64,000 nt of DNA from Myxococcales bacterium (lineage in GTDB: Bacteria > Myxococcota_A > Polyangia > Polyangiales > DASUME01), in contig JASGJH010000001.1 of the NCBI GenBank assembly GCA_047601445.1, forward strand, positions 32,001 through 96,000, given 5' to 3'. The notes beneath the pieces are model-generated. The model searched no databases. It saw only the letters and a program-made list of their open reading frames with translations, and was not told where the DNA came from. The translations under genes were made by a program, and so were the position numbers. Numbering within the stretch: position 1 is the stretch's first letter; each line of letters starts with the position of its first letter. Of the stretch, positions 36,626-45,907 are shown one piece after another.

Positions 36626-38560
36626 TTGATGGCTTTCTACCCCCGTTACGCACCGAGTCACGGCCAGCACCCTGCATCAAGTGGCTTCTCGCTCATCTGG
36701 ATGAGCATCATGCTCACTGCGGGCGCGATGGTTTTTGCCTCGCTGCTGCCCGGCAATGAAGCCGGTGATTACAACAACAAAATCATCAATAACAACAAAA
36801 AACTACAACGCGTCGAGGAAGCGATGCGCACGTTCATGGTCACCAATGGCCGTCGCCCATGCCCGGCTGATGGTTCATCGGTACCCGGCCAGGCCAACTT
36901 CGGGTTGGAAGCGGCTACGCCTGGGAGCTGCACCGGCTCTTCACCCGCCGCACCACTCGGGCCTGATGATGCTACCGGCTACATCGTCGGCGGTACCATC
37001 CCCACACGTTCGCTCCATCTCGATGACAGTTTCGCGTTTGATGATTTTGGCCGCCGATTTACTTACGTCGTCGACAAGCGCGCCACAGCAATGGCGAGTT
37101 GTCTGGCGCTGGAAGTCAACCCGAAGACACGCACTGGCAAAGGCGGCGTCGAGATCCACGACAGCAGCGGCACGAAGACCGACCAGGTGATGTATACCTA
37201 TATCAGCCATGGCCCCAGCGGCTATGGCGCATTCCCCGAGCAAGGCAGTAACGCCGCCGGGCGGGTTAACAGCGGCAGCACGAATACATTGAAACAAATC
37301 AACGCTGGTGTCGACGTGGGCGCGAATCCGGGTACATCGACCTTCACGTACAGCACGACTAACTTTACCGATGTCAAAATCCGCAATGATCGCGTGTTCG
37401 CTTCCGGCAATGACACGGGATTCGATGATGTGCTCTTCTACCGCGAGGATATCGAGAATACCTGCTGCTTGGGGTGTATTTGCGACGTCATTACTACTGG
37501 CGCCGACCTGGTAGTAGGTTGGTTTTATGCCTCTGGCGGACCTTATGCCTACCAGTATAAATGTGGCGGCTGGCAACGGCTACCGCCAGGCACATTTGAT
37601 GTGGAAACAGGCGGCGGGATCACTAACGCTAAATTTTCGGGCGATAATCAATACCTGGGCGTGAGCAGTTGGTCTGGCATTTATATTTATAAACAGAACA
37701 AAACCACTGCGACTTTTACTTATCTGCCCTCTTCAACCACGGTTGGCAACACAGGAAGGCCCAGCATAGCTTTCCCGTCCTCTATGGATTACGTGATGAC
37801 TGTAGGTTGCAGCACTCCCTATATCAGTTTCTTTAAGCGCACCGGCGACAGTTTCTCCTTATTAGCCGGCCAGCCGGACACCATACCACCCATTACGCCG
37901 TCTCCACCATGGGGTTGTTACTACTCTTATGCACCTTCGCTGGCTGCTGCTTCGCCTGACGGAAATTATTATGCTGCCGCCTGGGATGGCGGCGCTATCT
38001 ATATGTACAAGCGATCGGGCGATACGTTTTCGCTGCTGGGCAACACAAAATTCGATCCGGCGTCAGCCGTGTCATCGTGCGGCGGCGGGTTTGATTTTTC
38101 CCCTGACGGGAAATATTTTATCGGAGGAGGAACAGGAGGCGGCGGTGGCGACGCCTCGCTTTGCGTTTACAAAATCAACAGCGCTACCGATACGTTTACC
38201 TTGCTCCCGACCCAACCAGTGGCCCCTGGGTACGGCGGCACCGGTGGCAGTCATGCCACCTTTACCGCCGATTCAAAATACGTTGCGATCGGCACCTACT
38301 GGGTGCCTGATAATGCAATCTGGTCGATCGACAGCAGCACCGATACCTTTACCCTGGCCGGACCGGTCACTGCCCTTCCTCCCGGCGGCGGCACCCAAAC
38401 CGGTGCTATCGGCTTTTCGCAGGATGGAAAATACTATGTCTCAGGCTCTAACTATTACCCTCAGCTCTATATCTCCAATGTGAGCGCGGGATCGATCACC
38501 ACTCCCAAGCTCATCGACACGCTGCCTGCCGGCGCTAATGGCAGAGCCTGGCGGCATTGA
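36626..38560 (+). CDS. Prepilin/pseudopilin-like protein with a C-terminal WD40-like beta-propeller
   Basis: GFSLIWMSIML hydrophobic N-terminus, NGRRPCPADG, GTIPTRSL...DDFGRRFTYVVD, ISHGPSGYGA, and repeated FSxDGxY blades. Confidence 0.7.
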   Translation: MMAFYPRYAPSHGQHPASSGFSLIWMSIMLTAGAMVFASLLPGNEAGDYNNKIINNNKKLQRVEEAMRTFMVTNGRRPCPADGSSVPGQANFGLEAATPGSCTGSSPAAPLGPDDATGYIVGGTIPTRSLHLDDSFAFDDFGRRFTYVVDKRATAMASCLALEVNPKTRTGKGGVEIHDSSGTKTDQVMYTYISHGPSGYGAFPEQGSNAAGRVNSGSTNTLKQINAGVDVGANPGTSTFTYSTTNFTDVKIRNDRVFASGNDTGFDDVLFYREDIENTCCLGCICDVITTGADLVVGWFYASGGPYAYQYKCGGWQRLPPGTFDVETGGGITNAKFSGDNQYLGVSSWSGIYIYKQNKTTATFTYLPSSTTVGNTGRPSIAFPSSMDYVMTVGCSTPYISFFKRTGDSFSLLAGQPDTIPPITPSPPWGCYYSYAPSLAAASPDGNYYAAAWDGGAIYMYKRSGDTFSLLGNTKFDPASAVSSCGGGFDFSPDGKYFIGGGTGGGGGDASLCVYKINSATDTFTLLPTQPVAPGYGGTGGSHATFTADSKYVAIGTYWVPDNAIWSIDSSTDTFTLAGPVTALPPGGGTQTGAIGFSQDGKYYVSGSNYYPQLYISNVSAGSITTPKLIDTLPAGANGRAWRH

Positions 38561-38774
38561 GAAATCTACTCCTTAAACTACTGCTCAGGCAGGCACCTCA
38601 GTCGACAGCTTTTTCTTCATGCCTTCAGCAAACAGCCCTGGCTGTTTATTTGTGCAAAGTTATTCCGCACGGTGTACTTCCAGTGCGTTTTGTGGATAGA
38701 GGCAAATAACCTCCTTTATGAGCCCCTAGCCGCTCCGCTCCCGTTTTCGCCCGACATCGTCAGCGAAGAAACCT

Positions 38775-38808
38775 TTTGACAATCGCTCTCGTTTCTGGCA
38801 TTGTCGAA
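38775..38808 (+). promoter_or_regulatory. TA operon promoter/operator
   Basis: TTGACA at 38776 lies inside the inverted repeat TTTGACAAT...ATTGTCGAA upstream of the antitoxin. Confidence 0.4.
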
Positions 38809-38831
38809 GGAGTTGGGCAACTACGCGGGTA

Positions 38832-39107
38832 ATGGGCATGGAGCAAGGATTTAGGGAAGAACCGAAGGTTTACCGAGCGAAGGTCGATTCGTCAGGCAGG
38901 ATTCTTCTGCCGCTGGAACTTCGGTCGCAGCACGGAATCGGTCTAGGTGATTCCGTGATTCTCGTCGATGAAGGCAAGGGCGTCGAATTGAAATCGGCGG
39001 CGGATGCCATCCGCGACGCCCAGGAACTCTTCAGGCAAGCGGCACCGCCGGAGCGCGTGCTGTCGGACGAGCTGTTGCAAGAAACGTCGCCAGGAAGCCG
39101 AGCGTGA
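38832..39107 (+). CDS. vapB: AbrB/MazE-family antitoxin
   Basis: KVDSSGRILLPLELR...GIGLGDSV swapped-hairpin motif. Overlaps the PIN gene. Confidence 0.8.
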   Translation: MGMEQGFREEPKVYRAKVDSSGRILLPLELRSQHGIGLGDSVILVDEGKGVELKSAADAIRDAQELFRQAAPPERVLSDELLQETSPGSRA

Positions 39108-39487
39108 GTGAAGTTGCGCTCGACGCCTCAGCGCTACTGGCCTTCTTACGCAAGGAGCCCGGCCAGCAAGTTGTACGAAAGCATCTCGCACAATCGATCA
39201 TCTCCACCGTGAACATCGCAGAGGTACTTGGCAAAGCGATCGAGCGCAAAATTGGCTTGGACGTAGCCATCGCGAAGATTCGTGCGTTGCCCATTACCAT
39301 TGTTCCGTTCGATTTCCAGCAGGCGGCTATCTGCGGCACGATGCGTGAGCCAACGCGGCACTTGGGGCTTTCGCTCGGCGACCGTTCCTGCTTGGCGCTG
39401 GGTTTAGCTCGTAAAATCCCAGTGCTGACGACAGACGAAGAGTGGCTAAAGGCCGATTTGGGCGTCGAAGTTCGGCTGATCCGGTAG
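39104..39487 (+). CDS. vapC: VapC PIN-domain toxin
   Basis: LDASALLA, VNIAEV, LSLGDRSCLALG and VLTTD. Confidence 0.9.
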   Translation: MSEVALDASALLAFLRKEPGQQVVRKHLAQSIISTVNIAEVLGKAIERKIGLDVAIAKIRALPITIVPFDFQQAAICGTMREPTRHLGLSLGDRSCLALGLARKIPVLTTDEEWLKADLGVEVRLIR

Positions 39488-39491
39488 AGCA

Positions 39492-40477
39492 ATGGTTGCA
39501 GATGAATTGATAAGCAATGCCATTGTTCCCGCGCCAGCGAACGCGATCTCCGCCAAGGCCATGTCTCTGCTCATCTGCCTCGCCGGTCCCCGCGCTGAAT
39601 TCGCGTGGGACGAATTTTTTTCCGGCCAGCTCGCCAATCGGCATACCAAAGCTGCCTATCTCTTTGCCGTACGCCGCTTCCTGACTTGGGCAGAGCGGCG
39701 CACTCGGCAGATCAATGACATCACGCCGGGAATGATTGGGATCTATTTTGGCGAGCATCCCGGCAGCCTGCCGACCAAGAAGCTGCATTTGGCAGCCCTC
39801 CGAGCTTTTTTCGACCTACTTGTGAATCGGCACGTCATCATCCTGAATCCTGCAGCCACGGTTCGCACGGGAAAGCACCAGGCGGTCGAAGGTAAGACGC
39901 CGGCAATATCGCCTGATCAAGCACGGGCCTTACTTCAATCGATTAGTGGTCCCTCTCCCACCGCACGCCGCGACCGAGCCATTCTTTCGACGCTCATTTA
40001 TACGGCCGCGCGTGACGGGGCCGTCGCGGCACTACGCATCAAAGACCTCAAATGGGATGGCACGCAGTACAAGTTGCGGTTCCTCGAAAAAGGCGGCAAG
40101 GAGCGGTTGATTCCAGTCCGTTACAATCTTCAACTCGACTTGCTGCAATATTTGGAGTGTTTTGTTTGGCAGGACGAACCGAGCGATGCACCGCTCTTTC
40201 GATCCGTGGCCGGCCGCACCGGTCAACTCACGAAGCGCCCATTCGGAATGTGGATATTTGCCGAATGATGAAACGGCGGCTACGCGAAGCCAAGCTGCCT
40301 ATGGACCTGTCGCCCCACTCTTTCCGCGCCGCGACCGTCACGGATTTGTTGTCGCAAGGCGTGCCGCTGGAAGATGTTCAATACCTTGCCGGGCACAGCG
40401 ATCCAAGAACAACACGGCTCTATGACCGTCGGCAACAACAGGTCACGCGGAATACGGTGGATAGGATTTCGATCTAG
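39492..40477 (+). CDS. Tyrosine recombinase (resolvase-like, XerC/D superfamily), one frameshift
   Basis: RDRAILSTLIYTAAR, EKGGK, SPHSFRA and LAGHSDPRTTRLYD. Confidence 0.9.
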
Positions 40478-40496
40478 CTGGTCGGCGCACCCCGTG

Positions 40497-40620
40497 CGTC
40501 CGACAAACGGTCGTTTTTCGGATGCATTGCCTGCCAGGATCGTATTTGAACCGTAACCGTCCAGAAATTGCGTCCAGAATCAGCCACTGTCCAGAAACAA
40601 TTGAAGACAGTTTTTGGATG
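40497..40620. promoter_or_regulatory. Candidate recombination (res) site of the adjacent tyrosine recombinase
   Basis: 11-6-11 core CGTCCGACAAA-CGGTCG-TTTTTCGGATG plus GTCCAGAA direct repeats at 40559, 40572 and 40589. Confidence 0.55.
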
Positions 40621-40809
40621 CTAAATCGCACGGCTGGCAAGAAATCGCCGTCGATACAATTATTCTACCGCAGCGACTTGCCCCGAAGAATCAAGTTACT
40701 GACGCACCTTGTTCGGTCGGCCACGTCCTGCAATAGCCAGCTAAGCTTGCCTTGAGTCTCTCGATTAATCGATCCGAATACGATTACGCAGTGAAATGCC
40801 CAGCACATC

Positions 40810-40919
40810 AAAAAAAAGAGCCGTCCTCTTACGATGACGGCTGGTTGCTCCGTAGAGCAGTGCCTGCGAATGTTTCTTCTTGTTGCGAAAAGAATTCGCG
40901 GGCTGAGATTGGTTACACT
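40810..40919 (-). ncRNA. tracrRNA
   Basis: Anti-repeat AGTGTAACCAATCTCAGCCCGCGA-ATTCTTT-TCGCAAC (40919-40882), downstream hairpins, and terminator AGCCGTC/GACGGCT followed by T8. A promoter TTGCAT-N16-TAGAAT (40954-40927) places the start at the anti-repeat. Confidence 0.85.
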
Positions 40920-40994
40920 GCTCGTGATTCTACATGAATCGCGAGCAGATGCAACCAAATACATAAAACACAAAAGGATCCGGAGGCTGAGGGT

Positions 40995-41064
40995 AGTGCA
41001 ACCAATCCCAGCCTGCGACCAGTCCGCAATTTCCGGATTACGGACGATTAACTCGTCTCGCAAC
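40995..41064 (-). ncRNA. Solitary CRISPR repeat with an upstream guide-like segment (scaRNA/crRNA-like RNA, or 5' part of a long tracrRNA)
   Basis: 40995-41030 matches the array repeat at 30/36 positions. It is in crRNA orientation on the tracrRNA strand, about 4.9 kb from the array. Confidence 0.65.
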
Positions 41065-41371
41065 TAAGAAATTATGTGTACCGGATTACGACTACTGTAC
41101 ATTGACTTGACACATCGTACAATGGGCCCTGAAGTTGGGGGACATGAAAGCGGCGTCGAGATGCATTGCATCAAGTCCGTCAGCAGTTTGACTGGGGTCG
41201 CAACCCAGTCAAACTGTGAGCGTCCATAGCCTGTCGGAACGGACTCCAACACCGTTCAGCCGCACATGTCTCTCCTTTTAAGAGGATAGCATGCTGGTTT
41301 CAGTTCAGGTATCTCGCGACTCATGCGATCAAGGAGCGCAGCGTCGGCCAAATTAATGTGACGAGGAAATC

Positions 41372-44300
41372 ATGGGCGATTTTGTTTTGGGTCTCGACAT
41401 AGGCTCGAACTCGATTGGCGGCGCACTCGTTGACGAGTCAAATCAAAAGATTCTCGCGAGCTTCGTTCGCATCTTTCCCGAAGGCGTTGATCGCGATCAG
41501 ACGGGTGGTGAAGTTTCAAAGAGTGTGGCCCGCAGAATTGCCCGCGGGATGCGACGCCAGATTGCTCGTCGAGCCAAACGAAAAAAACTGCTACGAACAG
41601 CACTAGCAAAGGCGGAGTTGCTTCCGGCTGATCCTGCAGAGCAACGAAATCTTGATCAACTCAACCCATACGAGTTGCGGCAGAAAGGATTGACCTCGAA
41701 GCTCACGCCGTATGAATTCGGGCGAGTGCTCGTGCATCTCAACCAGCGACGCGGTTTTTTGTCGAACCGCAAAGCTGACCGGGGTAACAAGAAAGAAGCC
41801 TCGGTAATGCTTCAAGCCATCAGCGATTTAGAGGCAGAGATCAAGACAGCAGGGCATGAAACACTTGGCGAGCATTTGGCGGCGTTATACCTAGCCGCCC
41901 CGACCGAGCGAATTCGTGGCAAGCATACTCGCCGCGAAATGCTGCTGGCCGAATTCGAGGCATTGTGGAAAGAGCAGAGCAAGCATCACCCAAAGCTGCT
42001 TACGAACCAATTGAAGTTCGGCAGTCGCGGGCAAGCCAGCTATCCTCGCCCGCATGAACGAGTTGGCGGCGCTGATCAATGGCTCGCTGATTTTGGACTG
42101 TTCGGCATCATCTTCTTTCAGCGGCCGATGTATTGGCCAAAATCGGTGATCGGACAGTGTGAATTGAACCCGAAGATGAAGCGCTGCCCGCGGGCAGATC
42201 GCGCAGCGCAGCGATTTCGTGTTTTGAATGAAGTAAACAATTTACGAATCATTGCGTGCGACGGAGAAATTAAAGAGCTAACGTCGCAGCAGCGAGAGAA
42301 GTTGCTCAAATTGTTGAGCCAAAAGGAATCCGTAACATTCGATGACATCCGCAAGAAATTAGGGCTGCTCGAAAACGACGGTTTCAATCTGGAGGAAGGT
42401 CAGCGACGAAAATTGCTAGGAATGCCAACCGACGCAACACTGGCCAGCAAGCGATTTTTTGGCCCGAAATGGCATGAACAGCCTGACGAATGGAAGGATC
42501 ACGTCGTTCGTTCACTCATTCATGACGACGAAGCCAAATTTCTAAAAAGCTGCCAGTGAAGAGTTCGAGATCGACTCTGAAGTGGCGGAAAAACTGCTCG
42601 ATGCCTCGTTGCCTGAAGGCTATGCCAGCTACGGACGCGAAACGATTGAACGCCTCTTACCACACATAGAAAAGGGACTTCCCTTGATGTCTCGCGACGG
42701 CCAGCCGTGCGCGATCCGGTTGGCTAACTTTGTTCCCGTGTTCGAACGAATGGTGAAGAAGGGGCAGTTTTTGCCGCAACCGCCTGAAATTACCAATCCG
42801 CTCGTTCGACAAGCACTGTTTGAAGTCAGGAAACTGATTAACACGGTCCTTCGCGAGTATGGGAAGCCACGTGCAGTTCATATCGAGTTAGCCCGCGAGG
42901 TGAAAGGCTCAGGAGAGCAGCGAGTTGCCCGCACGCGAGATATGCGCGATCGAGAGAGGAAACGAGAAGAGGCCGCAAAGCGGATTGTAGAACATGGCGA
43001 GAAGCCTACGCGGGGAAAGATCGAGCTTTATCTTCTATGGCAAGAGCAGGGCGAAGATTGCATGTATTCAGGGAGGAAGATTGGGATTCGACAACTCTTC
43101 GGCGGCGAAGTGAACATTGACCACATCTTGCCCTATTCCAAGAGTCTTGACGATTCGCTCATGAACAAAGTCGTTTGTTTTCGCAAAGAAAACGATGACA
43201 AAGGCCAACAGACGGTTCATGAGTGGCTGGCCTCTACGAATCCCCAAAAATACGAGCAGATTCTCCAGCGGGCAGCGAAGCTACCAATCGATATTCGAAA
43301 TCGAAGTGCGCAAAAGCTGGCGCAGAAGACTTGTGAGCTCGAACAGTTTATCAGTCGACAATTGACTGACACGGCCTACATCACGGCTGCTGTTGTCGAA
43401 TATCTCAAAGTGCTCGATTTGGATGTTCTCGGATCGAAAGGGCAGTTGACCGCTGAACTGCGTCACCAATGGGGCTTAAACGACGTGCTTCGTGATGATG
43501 GCTTGAATGTCAAAAATCGTGAAGATCATCGACATCATGCCGTGGATGCCATCGTGATTGCCCTAACCGACCGCAAACGGTTGCAACGACTTGCAAAATG
43601 TAGAGGCAATGATGAGTTGACGCCCCCTGATACCGGAAAGTGGAAGTCGTTCCGTGCGGATGTCGAAGCCGCAATCAACGGAATCAAGGTATCTCATCGA
43701 GTGCAAAGAAAGGTTTCCGGCGCATTGCATGAGGAAACAATCTATGGACCAACGCCGAATGTGGGTGAATTTGTCTGTCGTAAGCCGCTGCTTTCGCTAA
43801 CAGGGCCGATGATTGCTGATATTCGCGATCCCGAAGTGAAACGAATTGTGATCGAGCGATTGGTGAAGTGTGGCATTGATCACGAGGCTGTCTCGAAGAT
43901 TCCCAAAGAAGTTTGGAATGAGCCGCTATATATGACTCGTAAGCTTGGCCGCATCGCTTCGGCACCAGCAGTCATTCAGAAGGTGCGATTGGTTCGTAAA
44001 GATGAGACGATTCGGCGGCTTCGCGGTGAGGGACAGTTTATTAAGCCTGGCAGCAATCACCATGTTTGTATCTTTGAAATGACAGACGAAAAAGGAAAGG
44101 TGCGACGGGAATCCGTTTGGGTCTCCATGCTGGAAGCAGTGCGACGCATCAAAAGCGGCGACGAAATCATCCAGCGAGTTCATCCATCGCGGCCCGAGGC
44201 GAGGTTCGTCATGTCGATCAGCCGGGGCGAAATGTTCCTAGGCACTTTCAAGGGTCAAGAAAGATTGGTTTGGTTCAGAACGGGAGCTTCAACTCAAGGG

Positions 44301-44435
44301 CAGCTATATTTTGTCGATCATACCGACGCAAGGCCGGACAAAACTGCCACGAAATTCGTTGCCACAGCAAACTCATTGAAAGCTCGCAAAGTAACCGTTG
44401 ATCCGTTAGGCCGTATCCGTTGGGCTAATGATTAA
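41372..44435 (+). CDS. cas9: Type II-C Cas9 (~1,020 aa), one apparent frameshift near 42550
   Basis: RuvC-I LGLDIGSNSIG, Arg-rich bridge helix, HLNQRRGF, RuvC-II HIELARE, HNH DHILPYS...NKVVC...N, and RuvC-III HHAVDA. Confidence 0.97.
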
Positions 44436-44550
44436 GATTTCTCACGGCAAGACTGGTAATTGCCGTTCGCTCGAATTAGCGTGGCGCGAGTAGGAAATGA
44501 CCTCTCGCGCCACGGATGGTCCTTCGCTCCTTGTTTGCGAGGACCGCCGA

Positions 44551-45516
44551 GTGATTAAACGCACCATCGAGATTTCGCAGCAGCCGGCTCATGTGACGGT
44601 TCAGCATTCGCAATTGGTGCTGAAGCGCGAGGGGAGTATTGTTGGCCAAGCCCCGTGCGAGGATGTGGGGGTGGTGCTGGTCGATCAGCCACAGGTGACC
44701 TATTCGCACGCGGCCCTGGCGGCTTTGGCCGAGTCAGACGCGGTGCTGGTGGTGTGCGGGCGGAATCATTTACCAGTCGCAGTGCTGCTGCCGCTGGCTG
44801 ATCACACGCAGGTGGTGTGGCGGATCAACGAGCAGCTGGCGATCAGCCGCCCTCTGAAGAAGCAACTGTGGCGGCAGCTCATTCAGGCCAAAATTCGGGG
44901 GCAGGCGAGGAATCTAGCCGGGGGAAGTCCTGCGCGATCGAAGCTGCTCGATTATGCTCGGCAGGTCCGCTCCGGCGATCCAACTAACCTGGAGGCGCAA
45001 GCGGCCCGCGTCTATTGGCAGAACTGGCTGCCGGAAGAAGTGTTTCGCCGCGATGCGGATGCCAGTGGTCTGAACGCTCTTTTGAACTATGGCTATGCGG
45101 TGATGCGGGCGGCTGTGGCGAGGGCCTTGGTCGCTGCGGGATTGATGCCATCGGTAGGTTTGCATCACAGCAACCGGAGCAATGCGTTTTGTTTGGCCGA
45201 CGATGTGCTAGAGCCGTTACGGCCGCTAGTCGATGACCGGGCGCGGGAGCTTTATCGCCAAGGCTACGATCAGCTCGATGTCGAGGCGAAGGCGGGGCTA
45301 CTCAAGCTACTGGCCGAAGACGTGCGACTGCGTCGGGCGGACAGCACGACGGAAACGGGGCCGCTAATGGTGGTGCTGCACCGCTATATCGCCTCGCTCG
45401 TGCACTGCTTTCAAGGCGAGACGAAACGCCTAGAGATACCGGAGATGGTCGATTCCCCGGAGATCGACCATCAGCCGCAAGAGGCAACGCCCGAATCTCT
45501 AGTCCCCAGCCCCTGA
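44551..45516 (+). CDS. cas1: Type II Cas1
   Basis: NLEAQAARVYW, NALLNYGYAV and GLHHSNRSNAFCLADDVLEPLRP. GTG start at 44551 (alternative 44497). Confidence 0.95.
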   Translation: MIKRTIEISQQPAHVTVQHSQLVLKREGSIVGQAPCEDVGVVLVDQPQVTYSHAALAALAESDAVLVVCGRNHLPVAVLLPLADHTQVVWRINEQLAISRPLKKQLWRQLIQAKIRGQARNLAGGSPARSKLLDYARQVRSGDPTNLEAQAARVYWQNWLPEEVFRRDADASGLNALLNYGYAVMRAAVARALVAAGLMPSVGLHHSNRSNAFCLADDVLEPLRPLVDDRARELYRQGYDQLDVEAKAGLLKLLAEDVRLRRADSTTETGPLMVVLHRYIASLVHCFQGETKRLEIPEMVDSPEIDHQPQEATPESLVPSP

Positions 45517-45528
45517 CCCCAGCTCATC

Positions 45529-45857
45529 GTGCTTATAAGCGGATACCGTTGCATGTGGGTTCTGGCCATGTTCGACCTACCGGTTGATACGAAGAAGTGC
45601 GCAAAGCATACGCCCAGTTCCGCAAAGGACTGCTCAAGGACGGCTTTACGAAGATGCAGTTTTCGGTCTATGTTCGCCATTGCCCGAGCGAGGAGAACGC
45701 TACGGTACATATGGCTCGCGTGGAAAAAATGGTGCCTCCCGATGGCGAAGTTCGGATCATTACCCTTACCGACAAACAGTTCGAGCGGATGCGCATCTTT
45801 TGGGGAAAAATGCGCAAGGCAGTCGCCACACCGCCGCCGCAGCTTGAACTTTTTTAG
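45529..45857 (+). CDS. cas2: Cas2 (frameshift near 45597)
   Basis: YRCMWVLAMFDLPV followed by FRKGLLKDGFTKMQFSVYVR...QLELF. Confidence 0.95.
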
Positions 45858-45907
45858 CCACGGCGCGATCGTAAGTTGTTGCCAATCAGTCGGTTGGGAG
45901 AGGATCG

